Shown piece after piece: positions 48,401 to 60,575 of a DNA stretch of 64,000 nt. The stretch comes from Entomortierella parvispora E1425. Lineage: Eukaryota; Fungi; Mortierellomycota. The stretch is taken from contig BQFW01000015.1 of assembly GCA_020891255.1 (NCBI GenBank), positions 744,001 to 808,000 on the forward strand. The letters run 5' to 3'. A program made the translations under genes and the position numbers. The notes below the pieces were generated by a model that was not told the DNA's origin, searched no databases, and saw only the letters and a list, made by a program, of their open reading frames with translations. The stretch's first letter is position 1, and each line of letters starts with the position of its first letter.

Positions 48401-49251
48401 TTGAGGCTGGCGAGAGTGAGGAGAAGATGGGCTATGTTGTGACTGAGGCAGGATTCGGTGCTGATATTGGTATGGAGAAGTTCTTTGATATCAAGTGCCG
48501 TACCAGTGGACTTGTGCCTGACTGTGCCGTCCTTGTCGCAACCGTCAAGGCCTTGAAGATGCACGGCGGTGGACCCGAGGTCACCCCTGGCAAGCCCTTG
48601 CCCGAGGTTTACAACACCGAGAACTTGGAGTTGTTGGAGATTGGATGCGACAACTTGAAGAAGCACATCGAGAACACCAAGAAGTTTGGAGTGCCCGTGA
48701 TTGTGGCCATCAACCGCTTCACGACCGACTCTGACAACGAAATGGCGTTGATCCGCAAGATTGCTTTGGAGGCTGGCGCAGATGACGCTGTTGCGTGCGA
48801 GAACTGGGCTAAGGGAGGTTTGGGAGCAGTGGATCTCGGCCAGGCTGTTATCCAGGCCTGCAGTAAGCCCACGAACTTCAAGTACCTGTACGAGGTCGAT
48901 TCCGATATCGAATCCAAGATTGAGACGATTGCCAAGGAGATGTATGGGGCAGATGGTATCGAGCTCTCTGATCTGGCCAAGGAGAAGATTGCGACCTATA
49001 CCCGCCAGGGCTTTGGCAACCTGCCTATTTGCATGGCCAAGACCCACTTGTCGCTGTCGCACGACCCCAAGCTGAAGAACCGCCCCAGCGGGTTCAAGAT
49101 CCCCATCCGCGATATCCGCGCATCTGTGGGAGCAGGGTTCTTGTACCCTCTCTGCGGAGCCATGCAGACCATGCCCGGTCTCCCTACTCGTCCCTGCTTC
49201 TACGATGTGGACATTGATTTTGAGACGGGCAATGTGGTTGGACTCTTCTAA
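45481..49251 (+). CDS. ADE3: Trifunctional C1-tetrahydrofolate synthase, cytosolic form, multi-exon
   Basis: Starts [11 protein letters not shown] with no presequence; same DH/CH and FTHFS motifs as the paralog at 15053-18949. Confidence 0.95.
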
Positions 49252-49357
49252 GGTGCATTCTGGAAAGGCAAGCGATGGTTTATCCAAACCTAACCAAGCC
49301 AACCAACCAACAAACAACCAGCAAGGGTCGTTTCCCATTTACATAATACAAGCACGT

Positions 49358-49553
49358 TTATTGAGACGTTCAAAAGGAAATAACCCAAGAAAATTTAGTT
49401 AATATGGAGCTCAATGAGAATTGACAGGAGAATGAGCAAATTTGACCTGAGAGTACTTACATATGTTGAGCGAATGCCCAATTCCAAAATCTTGGCATCG
49501 ACCTGCGGTGCAAGAGGAAAAGTTGAGGTTCCAGTCGAGATGGATCTGGTGTT
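49358..49553 (-). ncRNA. Candidate omega-RNA region at the 3' end of the large Fanzor-like gene (repeat copy A)
   Basis: Homologous to 59620-59810. Its position overlapping the Fanzor/TnpB ORF end is where omega-RNAs are known to lie. RNA function is inferred, not shown. Confidence 0.5.
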
Positions 49554-52500
49554 TGAAGAAGGTTCCCACGCAGGGCACCGTGGATCGAATGGCGGCAGGG
49601 TCTTGTGATCGGAAGAGGTGAGGCATACGTATCCAGCCAATGCAATGTTCACCGCTGCATTGGTGTCTCTCCCGCGATCAGCATATCCAACCATGAAGGA
49701 AGGGCAGTCTGGGTTTGTACATTGAATTGCTCCATGTACTCGCACTAACCTCATGACTCCGTTCTTGTTGCGCCTTGCCCGTACGAGTCTTATTTGCGAA
49801 AAGCAAAAGGGGCATAGCTGGGAGCTTTTGTGCTCATTGGTTTTGAGGACCGGCGTATAGCGCAGGTGTCTCTCAGGAATTTTGTTCCCTCCCATTTTTG
49901 AATGACCTTTGAGACGTGAACCCACTCCGGAACCTGCGGCACCGTGAAGCATTAATGGCACGACGATGGGACTTGCCCTTGGACATTGGTTCACATGCTT
50001 TAAGACGAGGCGTCGTCCACGAGGGGCACTCGGATCGACGACAAACTCTGGACGGTGGTGTGTACTGCAGTCTGTGCAATATCCGGTTGATGGATAGGAC
50101 GGCTCAACTGAGTTTGCAATGAATTACTGTCTACTGAGTCGAGTTTGAAAGACGAATGCGAATAAGTACTGTAAATAGAGCACACCTGCTGCAGTAAAAT
50201 CAATACAGACAGCAGTGCTTGACTTACCATTCACCACCCTCTTAAATGCGTCTCGCTCCGCGGCTGCAACTTTGTCATACGTATTCCTCAGTTGAAGTTC
50301 AGTACAGCGTCGTAGGCTCTTCATCCTTCTGGATTTCTCAAAAGATCGGAGTGTTGTGCGACAGTTGCGACGTGTTTCTTGGGCCTGCTCAATGGCATGC
50401 GAAGAGTTTGCTCGCCGGATTGAGTTATCCGCCAGATCAGCGTGTGCCTTGCGTACCTCAGCATTAGCTGCAATGCGCTTCTTTCTGACTCGCGATTGCT
50501 TCACAAGGCCTGCATGGTGGCGTATGTGCTTAACAGTGACCTGGTGCGGATCTTGGAACCGTATCTGGTCAATTGACTGCACCCCTTCTTCCGGATCTTG
50601 CTCCGATTCTGCCCCCTCGTTCGAAAGTATCTCGAAACGATTTCGAAGCTCGATCAGTTTGTTTTCAGTTATCGGGACCGTGTTGAATAACACATGGGCG
50701 CCTGGATCCGTCCCACCTGGGACTAAAACAATCCTTCTGTTCCTTTGATCCGCGTTGTTGGTCTCAATATCCTTGACGAGACTATCGATGCTGGTTGATT
50801 CAACAGAGTCTGAGCATCCCCGGCGAAGGAGAGAGGGTGTCGAAGAGAATTTGGATGTGACCGACTCGCTCAGCTCCCCGTTCGCCTCCTTTTCCGTCTT
50901 TGGCTTTGATTCGGACGAAACATACTTGTCAAGGTCATACTTTTTTTGCCGCAACCCCTTGATCTGGTTTCGCATAGGAAGCGCTTTCCGCCGAAGTCTG
51001 TGAACGCTCGAGCGTAGCGTATGCAGATCTCTGAATGCTGTGTCGATTTCCTCGCCCAGACATTCCTTTCGATTAACGTCATTCTCTTTGCGTTTCTCAG
51101 TTTTTAGCCGTCGCAAATCTGCATTCACGCTTTTCATCCGGATCTCTTCCAACCCCAGCTGCCGGTTTAGTGCCTTTATCTCCTCGTTGAGCTCCGTTAT
51201 ACGCACATCATGATCTGCGGCACTTGTTTTGGCTTCCGCCTTGGATAGTTTCGATTCATGGAGAACAATTTGGCGCTGTTCTGCATCCGTAGGCTCCCTT
51301 GAACGGCCTTTGCCAAGCTTCTTTCGTTTCTCCTTGATCATGTTGCGTGGAGCGTTCGGTCGGGCCTCGTACCCCATAATTCTTACAGTATGCTCGTCAA
51401 CGAAGACAAGCCTATTGAAATGGGTCAATATGTTAGATTCTGCGTCAGTCAAAAAAAAAAAAAAAAAAAAAAAAGTCATAAACATGTTGTTACCTGTCTC
51501 CGAAGCGCAGACCAAATTTGGCACAAGTTGCATGGATCACCTGCATGTCGAAGAACGCCGAGAAAATGGTAGGGGCGTTCCCTGGCGCATGTTTTTGATC
51601 TGAAACCAGTAGGCCGGTTGAGTCGAAGATATCGAAATGGTGTGGATCCAAGGCGCACAGAGATTCACTTATCCCAGAGGAATTCAGTGGCAGAGGGAGG
51701 AGCTTTCCGGCTGACGAGACAGGGGATAGCTGTCTGGAAAATTCGCTGAACCCCATGGCGATCAAGAGATGATTTGCCAGATAGGCGAAAGGGCCAGTAG
51801 CGAGAACATGATGAGGAATGGATCCAGAGGCATGCTTCTTTGGGGCAAACGGACGCAACGCATTGACGATGTGAACCGCCACCTGGATTTCGTTGTCCTT
51901 GAAACTTTGGCCAGAGAACAAATGGTTGCGAATCTCTGCTTCACTGATAAGGTCTGGCAACGAAGCCATATCGATGAGCTTGCAAATTAAAGCCTCGATG
52001 CCTTTGAGGTATTTTGACTTGGGTTCTTTTTTACGAGCGGCCGCTATAGACAAAAAAATCTGTGTCAATGTTTTTTCTCTAATCTCTTATAGAAGCGATA
52101 TATATAATCATTAAGTTACCTTTTTCAGTTGACTCGATGGCCTGGCCCAGTGTCGCAATACTCATTTCTGCCTCTACTGCTTCTTCAAAGCCATCAGCGT
52201 CATCTGCTTCCCAAATGTCCGCATCATCGTCATCATCCTCATCGATATCCATGTAGGCCTCATCCTCGTACTCATCATCTACAGCTGCAAAGGGCGATAA
52301 TAGGGGTGCAACGTTCTCTGCCGGATTGAGCAACCCTATCAGTGTCTGGACGCGTGTAACACGTGGACAACCTCCAGTCTGTGGATCAGAGAGAAAGAGA
52401 GTAGCTCCCGACCATCGCCTGTCGCAGGTGCCGATGGTACTATCCAGTTGATTGATAAGAGATGTAGTTCTCTGCCAGGATCGCTTTTGTCGTTTTCCCG

Positions 52501-54668
52501 CCTTGCCTTGCTTAGCAGCGATCCTTTCTCGTCTCTCCTTGGCTTTTTTTTTTCTTGAACTGCCGGTACCACTCCTCACTGAGAGGTCGCAAAAAGACCC
52601 GGACAAGACAGCGGACGACTGCTCTCTTCAGATCGTTGTATATTGATCCGTTCCAGATGTTGTGGATGTTGGTAGCCATAGCACGGAGCATCTCATTTCT
52701 GGTTCGAGACATTCCTTGAGGGCACTTGATGTTGTCGGTTGCATACATAGTCTGTTGAATACAGTGAGCCAACTTGTCCCATTTTGGATGCTTTCCGTAT
52801 CCACTCCCGCCTTGACTGTCTGCATCTCCGTCGCCAGCGAGTCTTGGTTTCTTTGGCGGGGGCTCAGAGCTCGATGAAGTAGGGCTGAGCTTTGCTGCTA
52901 GGTGCTCTAGACAACTCTGATTGAATAGGTTGTGAAGATCAGAGTCGGTTTTGATAGTCTCTTCGATAAAGACCGTGGTGCCCTTCGCAACTTTGAGGAT
53001 ACGATCATTTTTGATCCGAGCGTCGCGGATTTCAAAATCTGTAGGAAGAATGTCAGAAATGTCGACCTCTTCTGCTGTCTCGTGCAGCAAACCGCGAAAC
53101 ACCTATCATGTAGTGGATGATATGTCAGTGAGTGCTGGAAGCAAAAAGCATGTGTAGATTGTCTCATCGACATTAGGTATTTCTTACCTCCATGTGCACC
53201 TTCAAAACTGCCACTTGGATTTCATCCATGTGGTCTGACATACTCGTTTGTTTCTCCTCGAGGATTCCCTGGATCCTTGTTATGTTGTCCTTACAAAAGT
53301 CTTTACGGAGGATCCTGTGCAAAGGAGCATCGCACATCCTGATTTCTTGGGTCTTGGATATATCATTGACCTGAGAGGGATTCTCTTGGACATGGGACTG
53401 ACTAGAGACAGGTTCAAGCTCGAGTTTCTTGTCCTTATTCTCAACTGAATGATCCCAAAACAGGCAGCCGTTTTCCTTCACAAAGTTGCGATATGCCGTG
53501 TGTGTCTGTTCCACGCTCATACGCTTCGTAAAGTCATCATTTGATATACGACCTTTTCTCACTCCAAGGGATGTTTCCAGAGTTGATATGGTGTCCTGCA
53601 TGAGCCCTCTTGGTAGCCGCTGGAGTTTACACTCGGCATCGATGAAGTCGACGTTTTCCTTCTCCAAGGCGGCACGGATATCCACAGGACCTTTTTTCTT
53701 TCCTTTTGTTTTGCTGACGACCTTGTTCACGGCGATGTTGATTCTCTTTTTCAAGGTCGTTTTACTAAGTATAATATGTCCAAAGGTTAATACTAGAATT
53801 ATTACCATAGCTTTGGGTAAACCAGAAAACGTACCAACTGGAAAGAAAACTCTCTTCGGCTTCCAAGACGCTGAACTCGATTATCTCTCGAGATATTGAT
53901 CGTTTTGCCTCTCGATATGTGGCCCTTTCTGCTGTCGGGATTACAGGAGGAAGTCGAACGGAGGGCATACGGAAATCTCGATTGGGACTTGTTACTGAAC
54001 AAGTCAACGCGGTGTAGGTATTGACTCCCTGAAACGAATCAGCGATGTGGGCAAGGACAACCAGCGCTTTCGGCTCGCCAAGAGGCTCGAACACAAGTTT
54101 CTTGCAGCGAGTCGATACAACAACAATTTTGATCTGTGCAGCTTGAGAGATCCTTCTCAACAGCAATCGGGATGGAGGGAGAGTGACAGGGCCGCCGGGA
54201 GTCTGAATTCGGAAGGCTGATAGCGATGTTCGGGACATGACGGATGCAACAAGTGCAGAAAGGGAGCTCGAGCATGTACTTACGACCAGACCGTATCGAT
54301 GGTGGAGAACATCCAAAGTCTGTCGGACATTTTGGTTAAGCGGCAGTCCATCGTCCGCACCCTGTATCATGTAGTCAACGCGTAGCTGAAGCTCGTCATC
54401 CTGTTCAGCTAAAAGTCGTGCGTTTGCCTCAGCAAGAAACTCATCATCATCGATGAATGAAACAGAAAACTATCGGAAGAAAGAGCATAAATAAGAGTAA
54501 GGGTATGAAAACCATACCAACAGCATCAACGCCATTGCAAACTGGAATTCAAAGTCATACCTCTGTGGATACCGCGATGTCGCGTCCAAAGTCAATGTCC
54601 TGAATCTCCATGTTGATGGTAAGAGTCTCATTGATGTCTTCCAGGACATCAGCATCGGTGTAATCCAT
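49395..54668 (-). CDS. Large spliced Fanzor/TnpB-like RuvC nuclease (~1,500 aa, at least 7 exons, no PIN domain); one frameshift in an A10 run
   Basis: GGTDPG (RuvC-I D), helix ending ELQLRNTYDKVAAAER, HGAAGSGVGSRLKGH, TNEHKSSQLCPFC (E + Zn), CTNPDC...RDTNAAVNI (RuvC-III D). GT-AG joins keep the frame at every junction checked. Shift at 52544-52553. Confidence 0.82.
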
Positions 54669-56155
54669 GACGCTGGCGGTAGGGAATGAAGACAAGACGA
54701 GTTCTTTTGGTGATTGGAGAGGCGGTAGAGACAAGGGAAAGGGCAATGGCGGAGGAGCAGGGAAAAGCAAAGAGCGAGCGACGCGTCTTCTGCAGGCTAG
54801 TCTCGCATCCAAACCTTCAGACACACCTGATCTGAACGATGAATGGAATGGTTGATGGTTGTTGAGTGAATGTTGTTGAGAGATTGAGAGACAACAGGGG
54901 GGGGGGGGGGGGTACAGTACATGATTCAAGGAGAATGGGAGATGCATGGCAGGATTTGGGCGCTTGATTGGGGGAGGAGGAGGAGGAGGAGGAGGGGGGG
55001 AGAGGAAGATTTGCCTGTGCCTGGACCTGATTTTTTTTATTTTTTATTCTAGGTGTCCCTGTACCATCTACTTCCGGGGATTTTTGCACGAGGCTGGAAT
55101 CTCGCTCAATCTCACCCCTTTTGGCTGTAATCTCACTTTTCAATCTCGCCATTTGATATGTTTCTGATCATGTGATCAGAATAATTTGGGGCTGGATATG
55201 GCCACTGTAGAGTGCAACTAAGGAAGCGCACTGGATGCATGCACAAAGTTCTGTGCAACCTCCCAGCATGACATGAGTTGCGATTGGAATACAGCTGGCG
55301 GTTCCAACAAAAAGATTGTTATGACGTGTACAATTGACGAGTTTGAACTGATAATACACTGAATACATCAGTTACATTGACGAAGAGCTCTTGTAAGCTG
55401 ACATTGGCGTTCAGATCGACGAGTAGGAGTAGGAGGAGGAAGAGGAAGAAGAGGAAGAGGAAGAAGACGAGCCACCGACCCATACCAGATTTGGGGTCGC
55501 CAGGTTAAGATCAGCGCAGAGAGAGCGCCTGCTCTTGCCAAACCAACAGTTGAACAGCGGCCAAAGAATCAATTGGTGGTCTCTACACCTCCGATTCGTG
55601 CTAGATCAATAATCATCGCCAGATTGGCAGTCAGCACAGACAAAGTGCAAGCTCTGGCCAAAAACCCCGGTGAAGCGGCGGATGCATCCACTGGCAGTCT
55701 CCGCCGATGGCTGTTTGGACAAGGAACAGGGCAAGGAGAGAACGCCAACACTCACTTAAGGATTTTCGTTTTACCTCGATTACCCTCTTGTCGATGCCTA
55801 TTTAATAGACTCTTCCGTGCAAACAAACAACAACATTAACAATAAGCGCGAGGCGAAGGGTCAATCGGCCGCATGGCAAGTGGCTCAGTTCAAAAATAGA
55901 ACACGGACCACCGAAGGTCCAAAAGTGAGCACAGCCGCAGTTTGAACTTTGTGTCGTATGACGGTAGGCACGCACGCAAGGAAGAATAGGAAGGGGTCAC
56001 GCACAGCAGCATGGGTGGAGGCTGTTTGTCGTGTGTTTTGTTTGACAATTGTTGCTCGCATGTCCCGTCCTCCGCAGACAAGGCAAGATAAAAAGGACGT
56101 GGGGGAACAGGACAGACGAGACTGTCCCGAGAACAACCAAACCTCTCTTTCTTTT

Positions 56156-56199
<44 letters not shown>

Positions 56200-56359
56200 T
56201 CATTGCACCACACCCAGACATAGACAAGAAGACACACAGACCGCGTCTCTTTTTTCACTTTTTTTTGTACTTCGTTTCCTTCTCTCTTCTTTGCTCATCC
56301 CTGCATCCTCTCCTTCACTCTCCATTCATTCACTCCCCTCTCCCACTTGCTCATTCACA

Positions 56360-58693
56360 ATGCACAAGCTCTTCCAAGGCGCACGCAACCACATTTCCCC
56401 CCCTGTTAACAAACCTCTGCCCGAGCCACTCGTGGACCCTGACGAGGGCAAGACTGCAATCGGTAGGGTACTCTCTTGAACTCGCCTAGCATCTTATATA
56501 ACTCTCATCTTTTTACCCTGACCAACTCTTTTGTTGCTTGCGTATTCAACAGGCGAGTTGATCATCATCCCCATCCAGGGCCGTGACCTTCCTAACCGAG
56601 AAAGATTCGGCAAACAGGACCCCTTCATCCTCTTCAAACTCGGCAATGTCTCCAAGCGCACGATGACAGACATCCGAGGAGGACAACGTCCACGGTGGAA
56701 AGATGAGCAGGTAAAGACAAACTGGGACCTTGTTGTATTCTTATCCGATAGGACTGATTGTCGATTCCAGCAACATAAAATGACGCTTTAGTGACAGGAT
56801 CATGATGGGATGGGTGATGGCATACTAAAAACAAAAGAATGAAATGCTGACATCCTCCGCTCTCTTTCCTTTCGCTGCTTGAAAAAAAAGGTGGAGATCT
56901 TGATGTATGACAGCGACGCCAAGGATGCAACCTCGCTCTTTGTATCTTGCTTGGACGAGGACCACCAAAGGAACGAACTTATTGGAGACTGTGTTATCAA
57001 CCTAGCCAAAGTGATGGAGAAGGGTGAACACGACGGTAAGATTTGAGTTTCAAAAATACAACATCTGAATGGAGTGTTTGCAGCTACATGTAGGACATTT
57101 TTTTTTCTTTGTTTGATGCTAACGACTTGGGTTCATTACCTTTCCTCCTCAGATTGGTTCGAGCTGTCGTACAAGGGGCGCGAAGCAGGCGAGCTGATGC
57201 TGCAGCTGACATACTACTCGCATGTAAGAGGACACTTTAGACCAGGGCACCATGGACAGGAAAATTCATGCAATTGAAGATTACTTACACGACACTGTTG
57301 AACCCTGGGAACATTTTTTTAGGACCTCGATAGCCCACTTCATAAACAGAACCGCCCTCCCAACCCCCCAGTGCCATCCGGTACTCTGGCTGGAAGACGT
57401 CCTATCCACCCCGTGAACCCAGTGGTGGCAGCAGTCAAGGCAGACGCAGCAGCAGCAGCAGCAGCCAAGGCAGATTCGGCTGCCGCAAGGCCGACGACCA
57501 CGCCAGCGACTGCTTTAGTACCGACAGCTAAGCTGGATTCAGGTCCCATCTATCAACCACCATCAATTCCTGCCGCTCCAGCAGATGGACGAAATTCACC
57601 TTCTGGCCAAAATCAATACATTGGACACCCAGCGCCACAGATGGCCCCAAACCATCCATTCGGGCAACAACTACCGACCGGAGCAGGTCCGTACGGGACC
57701 GTCAATGGGTTCCAGAGCTTCTCTCCACCTCAACCAACCTATCCTCCTCAGAATGCCCAGCAGCACCGCCCAGACTTATACCCACCTGTTGGATACCCTC
57801 CTCACAACCCAGGATACCCTCCTCAGCAGACAGGATATCCCCCACAGCTACCAGGATACCCTCCACAGCAATCTGGATACCCTCCACAGCAATCTGGATA
57901 CCCTCCACAGCAATCTGGATACCCTCCACAGCAATCTGGATACCCTCCACAGCAATCTGGATACCCTCCACAGCAAATTGGATATCCTTCACAGCAGACA
58001 GGGTATCCCCCACAGCAGATGTACCCGCCAGCAAATGGAGGCTACCCACCACAACATAATTCTTTTAGCGGCTATCCACCTCAGATGAATAACAGCCACA
58101 ACGGTCAAGGATATCCTCCCCAGCACAATACGTTCAATGGTTATCCACCTCGACCGAACAGTAGCAACGGACTCTACCCACCCGCAGGATCACATATTGG
58201 GCCAGGAGGACTCTATCCACTATCACAATCTTCTGGCTACCCCCCAGCGGGCTATCCGTTTGCAACGACATCATCTAGTTTATACCCGCCTATTCAAACA
58301 ACGGCAGGAGGACGTGGCTCTTTCTCATCGAGTGACGAGCCCTCGCGGCCACATTCTTCTCTGGGAATATCAAGCCCCTCCTCATCGCCACCTACCCAGT
58401 CACGACCTGTTCCTCCCATTCCAACCAGTGCTGCCGGTGGGTACAGCACACTGCCAGGATCATACCCAGGCATGTTTCCAGGACCCAGCCAGTACTTGGA
58501 TGTGCACAACAACCAGAGTGAGTTGAGTGGCCACAAGGTCAGCGTGAACCATGGTCAAACGACGAGCACATTCCCGAATGGCCACGCGCCAAGAGCACGG
58601 TCAATGAGTCCACCCGAGTTGCCTCCGCGGAATAATCCAAGCAGCCGTCCTCCATCTTACAACCAAGCGCTGTTCAGTCCTCCTGGCCGGTAG
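56360..58693 (+). CDS. C2-domain protein with Pro/Gln/Tyr-rich tail, Fic1/Inn1-like, 5 exons
   Basis: GELIIIPIQGRDLPNRERFGKQDPFILFKLGNVSKRTMTDIRGGQRPRW resembles the Fic1/Inn1 C2 domain from memory; YPPQQSG repeats. Confidence 0.75.
57852..57980 (+). repeat. 21-bp coding tandem repeat x~6 (GYPPQQS)
   Basis: ggataccctccacagcaatct units. Confidence 0.95.
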
Positions 58694-59016
58694 TTAGTTA
58701 CTTCTCCACTTAGGACATTATATATAAATTGAGTGTACATTACCATCATACTATGTTACAAAAAGAGGTCCTTCTATGAAAGATCAAACGTGTACTGGAG
58801 ACGATCGTTCCGCACTAATTCAACAAATATCTACGTTCCAATATTGCTGAAAAGATAAAAAACACTATAATATTGTGCTTCTCACCCAAAAAAAATAAAT
58901 TGAGATGATATCATGATGATAAAATACATTGAGCAGTCACTACGATCAATCCTGAAAACTGCCTGCTCGCTTTCCTTTCTTTCTTTCTCAACTCACCGCT
59001 CACCCATCTTTCTCTT

Positions 59017-59052
59017 CCCCCCCCTCCCCCCCCCCCCCCCCCCCCCCCCCCC
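59017..59052. repeat. Poly-C tract (~35 nt)
   Basis: Near-pure C run. Confidence 0.9.
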
Positions 59053-59619
59053 AACAACAACAACCACCACACTTAAACCCATATATACACAAGAACCTAC
59101 ACCCAACCAGATCCGCAAGAGGTTGACGAGAGGAGAGGAGGATGAGGAGGTAGGTACATGTTCCGCTCTCTTTAGAAGTTTGCAACGTTCAGCCAGAAGC
59201 TTGCTGGTAGTTTCTTTTTGTACCAGAGCATCCATACTGACTTTGGTCGTCTCGTGAACGATCGTTCTTTGCTTCCTTATATAACCCTCAGGTTGGTGTA
59301 AAAGCTATAGAGGACAAAGGCAGTGCCCTCGCTTTTTTTGTATCGATGCTATGGAGAAGGTCACTCAACGTTCACTTCTCATACTGTCGTCATCTAGACT
59401 CCATCAGAGACCTGCGTGATGCGGTCTCTCCTTGCGCACACGAGTCTATTTGCAGTTTGCATGTTCGTTTGAGAGAGTTTGATCAACACTGATCCTTGGA
59501 TGGGCACATGATGATCCAAAGCTAGCTTCCACCCCCACCCGCCACACTTTAGACTTGCGAACATCTTTTGCGTATATTTTTTGCGAACAGGCACCATTCT
59601 TTGGTCGCACCCCCGAACG

Positions 59620-59810
59620 AACACCAGCACCATAGGTCTGGATCAAAACCTTCCACATGTATCGCGAGTCGATCCCATGTCAGGAATTGAGTTCTCTCTC
59701 AACTTATGTAAGTATTCTCAGGTCAAATCTGCTTTCTGTCTCGTCAATTACAACTGAGCGCCATATTAATAAATTTTCTCTTGGTCATTTCAGCCTGATA
59801 GTCACAATAA
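59620..59810 (+). repeat. Orphan inverted copy of the Fanzor 3' end (repeat copy B; candidate stand-alone omega-RNA/ghost locus)
   Basis: Core 59698-59778 matches the reverse complement of 49389-49470 at 67/82 positions by hand alignment. No RuvC-encoding ORF upstream. Confidence 0.85.
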
Positions 59811-60575
59811 TGGAAGAGATATTTGATTTTTTTTTCTTTTGAAGATTAACCTGGAGTTTGGACCGCCCCCCGTTCTTGGAGACGACAACTTACGAATAGC
59901 TCGCTGCATCCGGTATCCTTTGTGAGGCGGTCTTTGGACACCAATGATCGTAAAGACGATAAAGACAAACATGCCCAGGGAATGAGCAAGATTGCCCCGA
60001 AACCGTTGCCAATAAAACGCAAAAATAAACGAAGAGAGGGTATCCAGAGGAAAAAGAAGAAAGATTCGATCTTTCCAAGTCTCCAGCGTGGCGTCTTCGC
60101 CCGGAAAGGTGATCATGGAACCAGAGACGGCGCCCAAGATACCGCCAAAGAGGAAGGTGGGAGGTCGAATATGAAGCTTTTTTTTTGCATCCGATCCCAA
60201 AAAGAAAGAAAAAAATATTATAATAATCAGAAGGAATTATATTCAACGATAAATGGTGAAAGAGTCATAAAAGAGACGTACCATTTGACAACTGACCATG
60301 AAGGCGTACCCTGAAATGATGGTTGTAAAGTGAAGTTGTAGCAGCTCTTCTACTTTACTGGCTTTACTGGAGAACCATTGGTAAATGACCACGACTGAAC
60401 AGAGTGTGGTCACAAAGGTGGTTGGGTAGCTTGGATAGTACATGGGCAAGGAGGCTTTCTGATCTGGATTTGGGTGCATGAATACTATAAACTCGTTTTT
60501 TGATCCGAGGAGCAGGGTTGTGGAGAGTAGAATGCACACGGCCAAAGTGTTGACCATTTCAAGTGACGGCTTCAT
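59802..60575 (-). CDS. Possible unknown membrane protein fragments (degenerate or spliced)
   Basis: Two hydrophobic ORFs (59802..60200, 60243..60575) with TM-like segments; no family recognised. Confidence 0.25.

Noticed and set aside
55150-55840. Possible transposase or partner gene upstream of the large Fanzor
   Set aside because: Only stop-ridden fragments and an acidic GAG/GAA run; no DDE, HUH or tyrosine-recombinase motifs.
58820-58840. Target site for the putative copy-B guide (caaatatct match)
   Set aside because: Only 9 contiguous nt match, which is expected by chance in 64 kb.
58913-59600. Homology between the region upstream of repeat B and the 5' end of the large Fanzor gene
   Set aside because: Both have C-runs and caacaac motifs, but no alignable unique sequence; compositional similarity only.
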